From NCBI GenBank assembly GCA_009780795.1, contig WQZJ01000001.1:1-42282 (forward strand): a stretch of 42,282 bases of DNA, written 5' to 3'. Source of the DNA: Methanomassiliicoccaceae archaeon. Lineage in GTDB: Archaea > Thermoplasmatota > Thermoplasmata > Methanomassiliicoccales > Methanomethylophilaceae. Numbering within the stretch: position 1 is the stretch's first letter; every line of letters begins with the position of its first letter. This document shows, piece by piece, positions 27,331 to 35,617 of this stretch. Below the pieces are notes generated by a model. It worked only from the letters and a program-made list of their open reading frames with translations. It was not told where the DNA came from and searched no databases. The position numbers and the translations under genes were made by a program.

Positions 27331-28293
27331 ATGGATGAATGGTATGCGCCTATCCGTGACGATCTGAACGAGGTCGATCGCAACATCACGGGCGTGCTAA
27401 GGTCGGAACGGCCGGAACTTCAGGAAATGTGCGATTATCTCATATCATCGAACGGCAAGAAGATAAGGCCGGCGATGTGCGTCCTCGCGCACTACGCATG
27501 CGGCGGTTCGAAAAAGGACGAGGTGCACAGGATAGCATCATCGTTCGAGATGATACATTTGGCGACATTGGTGCACGATGACATCAATGACAGGTCGGAG
27601 ATACGCCGCGGCCGCAGGACCGTTCACAGGGAATATACAGTAACGAAGGCAATAATTCTCGGTGATTTCATATTTGCGATGGGATTCAGACTGGTCGGTT
27701 CCGCGGACAAGATGATAGTCGACATCATGGTGGACGCATCCACCGCGATGGCCGAGAGCGAGTTCATACAGAAGGAGTTCGAGCACACGCCGGCCGTCAC
27801 CGAGGAAGATTACATGAGGATAATCAAAGGGAAGACCGCCATGCCCATCTTCGCGTGTGCCAGGGCGGGTGCGTACCTTGCGGCCGCCGGCATCGAAAGA
27901 ACGAAGGCGGTATCGGACTTCGCGCTCGATGTGGGTCTCGCCTTCCAGATAGCGGATGATGTACTCGATATAGTCGGGGACCACCGGTCCACCGGCAAGA
28001 ACGTCGGTATAGACATCGTAGAGGGCAAGCCGACGCTTCCCGTGATCTACGCGATGTCGGACCCGTCCGCCGGCCCGCGAATAAAGGAGATATTCCGGAA
28101 GAGCACAATATCCGACGATGAGATGAGAGAGGCGATCAACCTCATCAAAGGTACGGGTTCGGTGGAGAAATGTCTCGCCAAGGCGAGGACGATAGTGGAG
28201 AACGCGATACCGAAACTGTCGTGCCTGGAGGATTCCGAATACAAACGATCGCTGATAGGTCTCGCGAGATATGCGGCGGGACGCGACAGGTAG
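27331..28293 (+). CDS. trans-polyprenyl diphosphate synthase (IdsA/IspB family; chain length not determinable, long-chain-type CLD residues)
   Basis: The first Asp-rich motif is LVHDDINDRSEIRRGRRT, the second is FQIADDVLD, and GKKIRP is present. Ala78 lies 5 residues upstream of the first motif. The gene ends in TAG at 28291-28293. Confidence 0.85.
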   Translation: MDEWYAPIRDDLNEVDRNITGVLRSERPELQEMCDYLISSNGKKIRPAMCVLAHYACGGSKKDEVHRIASSFEMIHLATLVHDDINDRSEIRRGRRTVHREYTVTKAIILGDFIFAMGFRLVGSADKMIVDIMVDASTAMAESEFIQKEFEHTPAVTEEDYMRIIKGKTAMPIFACARAGAYLAAAGIERTKAVSDFALDVGLAFQIADDVLDIVGDHRSTGKNVGIDIVEGKPTLPVIYAMSDPSAGPRIKEIFRKSTISDDEMREAINLIKGTGSVEKCLAKARTIVENAIPKLSCLEDSEYKRSLIGLARYAAGRDR

Positions 28294-28297
28294 TACC

Positions 28298-29389
28298 ATG
28301 GAGAACATCAAGACGGATGTCCTCGTCGTCGGTGCGGGGCCGGCAGGCAGCGTGACGGCGAGATATGCCGCCGCCAAGGGCGTCAGTGTGACCATCATCG
28401 AACGAAGGTCCGATATAGGGGTCCCGGTGAGGTGCGGTGAGTTCATGCCGTCAAACGAGGAGATAGAGGCCATGTTCCCGTTGGCCGGAGACATTGACGA
28501 TCTTTTCGAGATGCCTCGTGACCTGATGGTCAGGGAGACGGAGGCGATAAGGCTCATCGATCCGAAGATGAGGCGCACCGAGATACCGTTCACCGGTTAT
28601 ACGACAGATAGGGACAGATTCGACAAGCACCTCGCGGCGCTCGCCGAGAAGGAGGGTGCATCGCTGATAAGGGACTGCGCGTTCATAAGGATAAAGGACG
28701 GCGTCGCCGAGACATCCGCCGGCGATATCGAATACAAGGTGATAGTAGGCGCCGACGGACCCGGGTCAAGGGTGTCAAGAAGCCTGGGACTGCCGAGGCC
28801 CGAACAGCCGTACCCCGCGGTCACGGCGCAGGCCGCCGGTGATTTCGATCCGGTAGTGACGATGTTCTTCGGCGGCATAGCACCGGGCGCATACGGGTGG
28901 ATAATACCGAAGAGCGGTCAGGCCAACGTGGGCGTCGGATTCTCACCGAAGTTCGCTGACGGCGACATCGGCGGATATTTCGAGAATTTTGCGAAGAAGC
29001 ATGATCTCGACATCATCACCCAAATAAGGGGAAAGTACGTGCCCAGCAAAGGTCCCGTCAGAAGAACGTTCACCGATAACGGAATGACGGTCGGCGACGC
29101 CGCCGGGCATGTGATATCGGTCAACGGCGGCGGGATCCCGCTGGCGATGATAGCGGGCCGCATATGCGGTTCCGTGGCCGCCGACAATGTTACCGACGGA
29201 AGACCGCTCTCCGACTATCAGGCGGAGTGGTCCGCCGCTATGCTGAAACAGCTGAGGATCGCGGCCAGGGGCAAGATGATGGCGGATATCTTCGCATTCG
29301 GCTCGGACCGGAGAACGAACATGTGCATGAGACTTCTCGGAAAGAGGAGGCTCAGCAACCTCATACGCTGTAAGCGCATCTTTCCCTGA
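28298..29389 (+). CDS. geranylgeranyl reductase family FAD-dependent oxidoreductase
   Basis: It has the N-terminal DVLVVGAGPAGSVTARYAA and GGR-family blocks (RCGEFMP, VGADGPGSRV, GDAAGHV). ATG 28298 lies 4 nt after the synthase stop. The track start at 28271 overlaps that gene. Confidence 0.85.
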   Translation: MENIKTDVLVVGAGPAGSVTARYAAAKGVSVTIIERRSDIGVPVRCGEFMPSNEEIEAMFPLAGDIDDLFEMPRDLMVRETEAIRLIDPKMRRTEIPFTGYTTDRDRFDKHLAALAEKEGASLIRDCAFIRIKDGVAETSAGDIEYKVIVGADGPGSRVSRSLGLPRPEQPYPAVTAQAAGDFDPVVTMFFGGIAPGAYGWIIPKSGQANVGVGFSPKFADGDIGGYFENFAKKHDLDIITQIRGKYVPSKGPVRRTFTDNGMTVGDAAGHVISVNGGGIPLAMIAGRICGSVAADNVTDGRPLSDYQAEWSAAMLKQLRIAARGKMMADIFAFGSDRRTNMCMRLLGKRRLSNLIRCKRIFP

Positions 29390-29402
29390 CATCCAGAAAA
29401 GG

Positions 29403-29861
29403 TCATCTCTTCCTGTGCGCTCTCATGGAGGACCCACATACAGGACAATCGTCACTCTTCTCCTTGTACCATCTTCCGCATCCGACACATCTGTAATTCC
29501 ATTTCTCTATCTTCTTTATCCCGCCGGTCCCGACGGAGCGGTACTCTATGCCCATGATGCCGCAGACGTTCTGTATCGAGAAATCGTCCGTGAACACGGT
29601 ACCGCCGAGGTCTATCGCCAATGCAATGACAGAGATGTCCACATCGGAGAGCCTTCCCGCGTCCCCGCTCTTTTGTGCGACATCCTTTACCATATCCGCG
29701 GACGCTTTCGTGCATTCGGAGACCCGCAGAAGGTCACCCCATCTGTCGACGCGCTGATCCTTGTATCTGCGAAGCTCGGCGACCACGCCCTCAGGTACGG
29801 CAATGTCGCCGGGCGGAAGGTCCTCCATGGCGAACAGCGCAGAACTGTCGAGTACGATCAT
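29403..29861 (-). CDS. nob1: Nob1-like endonuclease (PIN domain plus C-terminal zinc ribbon), 16S rRNA 3'-end maturation
   Basis: It has the PIN N-terminus MIVLDSSAL, an internal SDVDISVIALA..FTDDFSIQN and the C-terminal CVGCGRW...CPVCG zinc ribbon. The 152-aa length matches archaeal Nob1. Confidence 0.75.
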   Translation of the reverse strand: MIVLDSSALFAMEDLPPGDIAVPEGVVAELRRYKDQRVDRWGDLLRVSECTKASADMVKDVAQKSGDAGRLSDVDISVIALAIDLGGTVFTDDFSIQNVCGIMGIEYRSVGTGGIKKIEKWNYRCVGCGRWYKEKSDDCPVCGSSMRAHRKR

Positions 29862-29908
29862 GATATTCCCATGAGCGCACGGGTATTAATCTTTGTTCTT
29901 TTTCGAGG

Positions 29909-29922
29909 CCGTTCCGGAACGG
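29909..29922. promoter_or_regulatory. 14-bp perfect palindrome in the nob1 / small-ORF divergent region
   Basis: CCGTTCCGGAACGG is a possible operator. No function can be assigned. Confidence 0.3.
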
Positions 29923-29999
29923 AGGGCGGCATATACGCTCAGGACAGTGCCAGTGGACAGGTATCATTTTTATCGTTAAGGTAGCAACAGTTTTAACTG

Positions 30000-30296
30000 A
30001 TGATATGTTTCACGTGTTCGATGGACATCATCATTGACGAGGAGGTAAAGGAGTACATACTCTCCGAAGGCATAGATTTCAGACTATGCACCACATGCAG
30101 CGGGCCCGCTCTCGTCCCGATCCTCATAAAACCGCCGAAGGAGTCCGACCTGAGGGTACCTATCAGCGACGATCTGTTCCTTTACATATCGAGGGTGCAG
30201 GCAGGTTATGTCAGACACATAACAATGGACCTCGTCTATGATCCGGAGAAGATATTCTCATGTCCGGCACTCAGTTCCGTGCGCGGACTCTATTGA
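30000..30296 (+). CDS. hypothetical small Cys-containing protein
   Basis: The 98-aa ORF sits on its own strand, flanked by minus-strand genes either side (nob1 upstream, thiI-like downstream). A TATA-like TTTTTA at 29967-29972 lies about 27 nt upstream of ATG 30000. I do not recognise the family. Confidence 0.45.
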   Translation: MICFTCSMDIIIDEEVKEYILSEGIDFRLCTTCSGPALVPILIKPPKESDLRVPISDDLFLYISRVQAGYVRHITMDLVYDPEKIFSCPALSSVRGLY

Positions 30297-30913
30297 ACTA
30301 GTTTCGCGGAATCAGCGGATGATGTGATCATGTCGCTGAACTCCATCCGTGACTGGAGCGCGAGAACCTTTGACGGTTCAGCATCCGTGACGGGTCTCAG
30401 CGGAACGACGCCGCACGGCGATTCCGGAAGGATGGACAGATCGTACGTCCCTATCTCCTTGGCAACGGCCTCGATCTCAAGTTTATCCATCCCTATCAGC
30501 GGCCTTATCACGGGAATATCGAGACCCGACGACTCGGAACGTATGTTCCTGAGCGTCTGCGATGCCACCTGACCCAGTGAATCACCCATCACGATACCGG
30601 AACATCCGTTCCTTACGGCGAATTCCTTCGCGACGCTCATCATCAGCCGTTTGCATATGACGCACTGATAGTTGTCGCACACATCCCTTATGAGTGATTG
30701 GTTGCTACCGTGATCGGCCGAGTACAACGGAATTTGTTTTCCGGTGACATCATTGAGACGCTTCGCGATGCGTCTGACCTTCTCGATACACCGATCATCC
30801 GTGTAAGGGCGGTTGTCCATGTGCAGCAGAACAATGTCAGCCCCGCGGACGGCCATCCTGTAGGCGGCCACTGGGGAGTCGATACCGCCGGAGACCAGGG
30901 CGACGAGTCTCAT
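30290..30913 (-). CDS. thiI: ThiI-like PP-loop ATP pyrophosphatase, catalytic domain only (no THUMP/NFLD)
   Basis: It has the PP-loop ALVSGGIDSP and the ThiI-type blocks GDSLGQVASQT and RPLIGMDKLEI, plus the Cys motif CVICK and a later ESPCG. ATG 30913 forms an ATGA overlap with the csl4 stop. The longer track ORF to 31030 overlaps csl4. The gene ends in TAG at 30290-30292. Confidence 0.75.
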   Translation of the reverse strand: MRLVALVSGGIDSPVAAYRMAVRGADIVLLHMDNRPYTDDRCIEKVRRIAKRLNDVTGKQIPLYSADHGSNQSLIRDVCDNYQCVICKRLMMSVAKEFAVRNGCSGIVMGDSLGQVASQTLRNIRSESSGLDIPVIRPLIGMDKLEIEAVAKEIGTYDLSILPESPCGVVPLRPVTDAEPSKVLALQSRMEFSDMITSSADSAKLVQ

Positions 30914-31476
30914 TGGAATACGACGTTTCCGTAGTCGTCCGCAAGCTTCCTGGTGTACGAGCGGTCGCACTGTTCGCAGTAAAGCTGCGTCTTTCCCTTT
31001 CTCACAAGTTCGGATCTGCATCTGGAGCAAAGCGATCTTATGACCCCAAGGTGTTCATCCTTCGTCGCCAGCTGGAGTGACGGTTTGATACCGATGACCT
31101 GTGCCCTTATGTGGTCTCCCTTCCTGAGCTCCTTGGACACATCGTCCGTGTAACCGGGCGATATCTTTGAGACGTGTATCGTTGCGTACGTCTCGCCGCC
31201 GACCTCTCTCAATTTACCGTCCGCGGCCACTACGTCGGCCGTGGCCATGGTGGACCTGGTGTCGGCGACTATCGCAAAGACCACGTCTCCCTCCCTCAAT
31301 ACGTTCGGAGGGTTGGGAGATATGACGCGTGCGGTCATCTCCTCCTTGTCCAGTTCCAGGATGCCTATCTGCGATGCATATATCTTACCGTCGGTGGCAT
31401 ACGTTCCGTCGGCCGCCAAATACTCTTCCTCAACGGCGACCTCATCGCCGGGAAATACCTCTCTTCTCTCTTTCAT
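30910..31476 (-). CDS. csl4: exosome complex RNA-binding subunit Csl4
   Basis: It has an N-terminal domain, an S1-like central domain (GDVVFAIV...HVSKI) and the C-terminal zinc ribbon CSRCRSELV...YCEQC. Confidence 0.8.
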   Translation of the reverse strand: MKERREVFPGDEVAVEEEYLAADGTYATDGKIYASQIGILELDKEEMTARVISPNPPNVLREGDVVFAIVADTRSTMATADVVAADGKLREVGGETYATIHVSKISPGYTDDVSKELRKGDHIRAQVIGIKPSLQLATKDEHLGVIRSLCSRCRSELVRKGKTQLYCEQCDRSYTRKLADDYGNVVFQ

Positions 31477-31480
31477 CTGT

Positions 31481-32074
31481 TCACCTGATCATCAACATAA
31501 CGATGTCTATGCTCTGTTCCGTCTTGCTGTGGAACGAGAAGGTATGGGGTATATTAAATCTATACCTTCTTTGAAGACATATCTCCCTCCCGGCGGCGTT
31601 AACATAATCGTTCAGAAATTCCGCCGTCGACGTCATGTGCATTGTGTACACACAACCGCACAGTTCCATCGCCTTATCGAGGAAGGCCCTGTCGGCCCGC
31701 CGTTTCTGACATCCGAACGGAGGGTTCATCAGAGCGGTGTCGCCCCGCATGGTGACATCAGAGATATCGCACTCCGTGAACTCCAGGTCAGCGCCGAAGG
31801 CAGCGGCGTTCTCTCTCGCGACGGTTACCGCCTTACCGGATATGTCGAAACCCTTCGCACTCGTCGCTCCCAGCATCCATGCACCTATCGTGAACATCCC
31901 GGTGCCGCATCCGAGGTCTATGACATCCATTCCGTTGATGTCTCCTTCGGAATACGCTGTGAACAGGATGTCCGACGCTATCACGGAAGGAGTCATATAC
32001 TGCTCCAGTGACGAGTCTGGGTCAATGAAGTTCCTGACCCGCTGCAGTCTTATCTCGAGGTCCTTCTTCTTCAT
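31481..32074 (-). CDS. SAM-dependent methyltransferase with NPPF motif (METTL5/COG2263-like putative RNA N6-adenine methylase)
   Basis: It has motif I VIDLGCGTGMF and motif IV MNPPFG. Confidence 0.7.
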   Translation of the reverse strand: MKKKDLEIRLQRVRNFIDPDSSLEQYMTPSVIASDILFTAYSEGDINGMDVIDLGCGTGMFTIGAWMLGATSAKGFDISGKAVTVARENAAAFGADLEFTECDISDVTMRGDTALMNPPFGCQKRRADRAFLDKAMELCGCVYTMHMTSTAEFLNDYVNAAGREICLQRRYRFNIPHTFSFHSKTEQSIDIVMLMIR

Positions 32075-32120
32075 ACTGCCACGACACTGGAAAAGATAGC
32101 GGAAGAGGTTTCTGCCATAC

Positions 32121-33722
32121 TTACAGAAGGGCTTTCATCACCCTTGCCGCTCGGGCATCTATCGTCTCGATACCGGTCACTTTGCTCGCGTACTCGGTGA
32201 GACAGTTTATGTCCCCTCTCTCGATACATTCGAGCTTGAACTTACGCGCTCCGGCCATCAGCTGTTTCAGTCCCTCGCCTATGCGGTCATGCCAGTACGT
32301 GTACAGGCCGACAGCACCCCACGGTATGTCTGTTCCGATCTTCGCACCGGGTCTGAGCGTCTGTACGGCGTTGCCCGAAATGAAGAACTGCTCCGGTTTG
32401 GTGCCGTACTGCTCCGCGAACGACGACGGGAGTTTTCCGCTCTCGGCAAGTTTCACGTAATGACTGCTCTTCATCACCGCAAGCAACGGCGTCCTGGACA
32501 TCCCTATCGACTTTACGATGGGGCCGTCCCCGAGGTCCGACATGGCCATCGCCTTGTACATCTGCGTTTCGTTGACGAACCCGCCGGCGAACGAGATGTC
32601 CGGTACGAACTCCCTGCGTTCCTTCAATATCCTGGCGCACTCGACCACCTGGGCGCACAGATGGACGGTAGGGGTGCTCATCTCGTTCATCATCGGTACC
32701 GGTGACATGCCTGTCCCTCCGCCCGCACCGTCGAAGGTGAGCAGATCGATCTTCGCCTTCGATGCGCATCTCATCGTGAACGCGACGACCTCCGGCCTGT
32801 ACGCGCCCGTCTTCAGGAACACATTCTTTGTCTTTGCTCTGAGATTGTCAACATCCTCCAGGAACGATGTCTCGTCCGGGAACCCGACACGGCTGTGTCG
32901 CTCGAATGATTTGAATAGACCTGCCTTGAAGGCATCCTGAACTCCCTTGTCCTCCGGGTCCGGAAGGACGAGGTACCCGCGGCTTTTCAGCTCAAGGGCC
33001 CGTTCCAGTGATGTAAGTCTTACTTCTCCGCCTATTGCCTTCGCGCCCTGTCCCCATTTCCTTTCGATGACATCGACATCAAGTTTCGACGTCACATAAT
33101 CGTCGACACCCGCTCTGAGGTCCTCGACGTTCGTCTGCACGACGATGGCGCCCGTCTTACCGTCCCACTGATCCCTGAAGGAGTTGATGCGGAACATCAT
33201 CTCCGGGGAAGACTGGACCTTACCGTTGGAATAAACGGACTCGGAATCCATCCCGCAGATGTTCTCGCCTATCACCTGGCACACACCGGTTATGGCCGAA
33301 CCGACGGCCATTCCCTTCCAGTTCCTCTTGGCGACGGCGGTCGAACCCAATCCGGCGATGTGCACTGGAACGTTCATAGGTATAGGCCGTTTCGACCTGG
33401 AACCGACGGACGTCCTTATATCGGCGTTCTCGAAGAACGCTTTGTCCGGGTCGGCGGCGATACCTTTGGCCCCTATGAGCTCTGACATGATCTGTATGTG
33501 CGACCAGTCGAGATAGAAGTCCTTGTTAGCGGATGCGGTGCTAACTCCGAAGTGCTCGGGGCTCGGGTACAGCACCTCTCTGCCCCTGAATGTCGCTTTG
33601 CCGGCCTCACATAGGACGGTGCACTCTTCGATGCATATCGGACACATTCCGCTCAGCGGGTTCGGGTCACGGACGCGCGTGGCGGTGCCGGTGGTTGATC
33701 TTTCGTTCTCTATCCCCTTCAT
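32121..33722 (-). CDS. glutamate synthase-related FMN/Fe-S protein (GltB domain-2-like)
   Basis: It has the N-terminal Cys cluster CPICIEECTVLC. A central TIM-barrel-like region has blocks typical of the GltS FMN domain (DGAGGGTGMSP, ISFAGGF). Confidence 0.7.
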   Translation of the reverse strand: MKGIENERSTTGTATRVRDPNPLSGMCPICIEECTVLCEAGKATFRGREVLYPSPEHFGVSTASANKDFYLDWSHIQIMSELIGAKGIAADPDKAFFENADIRTSVGSRSKRPIPMNVPVHIAGLGSTAVAKRNWKGMAVGSAITGVCQVIGENICGMDSESVYSNGKVQSSPEMMFRINSFRDQWDGKTGAIVVQTNVEDLRAGVDDYVTSKLDVDVIERKWGQGAKAIGGEVRLTSLERALELKSRGYLVLPDPEDKGVQDAFKAGLFKSFERHSRVGFPDETSFLEDVDNLRAKTKNVFLKTGAYRPEVVAFTMRCASKAKIDLLTFDGAGGGTGMSPVPMMNEMSTPTVHLCAQVVECARILKERREFVPDISFAGGFVNETQMYKAMAMSDLGDGPIVKSIGMSRTPLLAVMKSSHYVKLAESGKLPSSFAEQYGTKPEQFFISGNAVQTLRPGAKIGTDIPWGAVGLYTYWHDRIGEGLKQLMAGARKFKLECIERGDINCLTEYASKVTGIETIDARAARVMKALL

Positions 33723-33827
33723 GGTATCACCGTTTCGTCATAATTCTGGGAGAGGGAAGCGAAAGATACGATATATATTTAGTGGATTCATCGATTTTCG
33801 AGTTGCGGCGGATGTATGCGGTAACGG

Positions 33828-35531
33828 TCACTCGAAGAAGAAGTGTGACGGGGATTCCGGCTTCGGCGAGAAGCAGGATTCATTGATCTTCTCTATCTTC
33901 GCGGGATAGCTGTCAAGTGAGCCGATGACACTTCTCATGGTCTCCTCGAGTCGCTTCGGCGGCGAGATCACTCTGGCGTTCAGCACAAGCTTCCCGGGAC
34001 TGGATATGAATCTGGATCCGTGGATGCCGTCAACCTGTATCGATTCCTGGACCAGTGACATCTTGGCCGATGCCTCCGGCGAAGAGATTATCACCTTCAC
34101 GTGGACGATGGCCTTCGGTCCGTATTCCTTCGCGACACCCTTCATTATGTCGGATGACATCGAGTACATGTCCACCTTGCCGTCCGGTGTTATATCGAAC
34201 GTCCCGGAGTACCACCCCAGTTTCGCCTTTTCGAACGCAAACCCTTTGTTGTCATCCTTCTCCGCGATCTTGGTGCTCGTTCTCTCAGATAATATCATAT
34301 CTATTATAGATCCCAGGTTCCTGAGGTCGGACGATGACGTCTCTATTATCTCGGCATCGGGAAGTATCTGCCTTAACTGCTCCTTTATCCCGGCGACCGC
34401 GTCCTGACGGACCAGGTCCGCCTTGGAGAGGATGACCACTTCCGCCTCTTTGATCTGATGTGCCGGTATGAGGTCGACGGATTCGACGTTCCTCTCCTTC
34501 TGTCCGGACAATATGTCTGACGCCCTTATACAGTCGATGACGACGGTGAACGGGGCAACGTCGAACTCATCCGGGTACATGGATCTGAGAGGAGCGACGA
34601 CGGACCCCATCAGGTTCGTCGACGTTCCGATAGGCTCCGCTATGATGACATCCGGCCTGCCGGCCGAGACCAGCGTCCTGGCGCTGGTCACGAACTCGTC
34701 GAAGTTGGAACAGAAGCATCCGCCGAGTATCTCACGCACGTCGAACCCGGCGTCCTTCGTGAACTCCGTGTCCACGAGGACGTCCCCTTGGTCATTGGTT
34801 ATTATCGCTACTGATCTGTCGTTCCTCTCCCTGAGCTCCCTGGCAAGATTCACCGCGAGCGTGGTCTTACCCGCCCCCAGATATCCGCCGAGCACGAGGA
34901 ACCTGGTCTTTCCCGATCCCATGTTGTCTTCCCTCCTTCTCATGAAAGTGCATCTGTCGCAAGGTATGGTGAGGACGCACCTCTCACCTGTAACAAGGCT
35001 TTTCAGTGATTCTATGATCCCGGCATCCAGAGGCCCGGCCCTTTTCCTGTTGTTGATCCTTAACGTATCCTCTTCCGCAGCGCTCATCGCAGGAGGAACG
35101 ATGCCCTTTTCGATAAGGGACCTCATGCATTCGCTGTTCTCCTCGTCGGAACAGGAATCGCACCTCAACCCGACCTCGGATAGCGGTCCGTAGAGTTCCG
35201 CGAGCGGATCCACGATGTATATCTTCCGGTCGTTGCCGATGGCGATGTAAACAGCATCTGGATCAGACGGTACTATGTACTCAGTGCGGGCACCCCGTAC
35301 TTTCTCTTCTCTCGCGACCTTCCACATCGCCGGCAGATGGTCGCACAGCTGGTACGACAGCTGCTGATACTTTATCCCAAGACGGTCGGCGAGGTCCTGT
35401 TTCGATACGGGCCCGTGTGCTCTGACCATCTTGAAAAGGGCGGTCAGGATGCGCTGGCGCATCTCGTGATCGTGTATCGAGATGTACGTTTCCGGATCGA
35501 GGCAGATGATCTCCATCTTGCAGTTCGGCAC
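33828..35531 (-). CDS. fusion protein: winged-helix DNA-binding domain, Cys-rich linker and G3E-family (CobW/HypB/UreG-like) P-loop GTPase
   Basis: This is one uninterrupted 567-codon ORF. The wHTH is RQRILTALFKMVRAHGPVSKQDLADRLGIKYQQLSYQL. The Cys motifs are CDSCSDEENSEC and CVLTIPCDRC. The GTPase part has Walker A GGYLGAGKTT, GGCFCS, DVIIAEPIG and SKAD. The start is GTG 35531, with an alternative ATG at 35516. Confidence 0.65.
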   Translation of the reverse strand: MPNCKMEIICLDPETYISIHDHEMRQRILTALFKMVRAHGPVSKQDLADRLGIKYQQLSYQLCDHLPAMWKVAREEKVRGARTEYIVPSDPDAVYIAIGNDRKIYIVDPLAELYGPLSEVGLRCDSCSDEENSECMRSLIEKGIVPPAMSAAEEDTLRINNRKRAGPLDAGIIESLKSLVTGERCVLTIPCDRCTFMRRREDNMGSGKTRFLVLGGYLGAGKTTLAVNLARELRERNDRSVAIITNDQGDVLVDTEFTKDAGFDVREILGGCFCSNFDEFVTSARTLVSAGRPDVIIAEPIGTSTNLMGSVVAPLRSMYPDEFDVAPFTVVIDCIRASDILSGQKERNVESVDLIPAHQIKEAEVVILSKADLVRQDAVAGIKEQLRQILPDAEIIETSSSDLRNLGSIIDMILSERTSTKIAEKDDNKGFAFEKAKLGWYSGTFDITPDGKVDMYSMSSDIMKGVAKEYGPKAIVHVKVIISSPEASAKMSLVQESIQVDGIHGSRFISSPGKLVLNARVISPPKRLEETMRSVIGSLDSYPAKIEKINESCFSPKPESPSHFFFE

Positions 35532-35550
35532 GTACCCTCTATCATCGCCT

Positions 35551-35576
35551 TTTTATTTATATCCAAGCGTACGCTT
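35551..35576. promoter_or_regulatory. shared TATA element plus 12-bp perfect palindrome between the wHTH-GTPase gene and proA
   Basis: TTTTATTTATAT (35551-35562) is followed directly by AAGCGTACGCTT (35565-35576) in the 86-bp divergent intergenic region. Confidence 0.5.
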
Positions 35577-35617
35577 AATAACGTGGAAGATGTTGCGTCA
35601 AAAAAGGCGATATCCTC

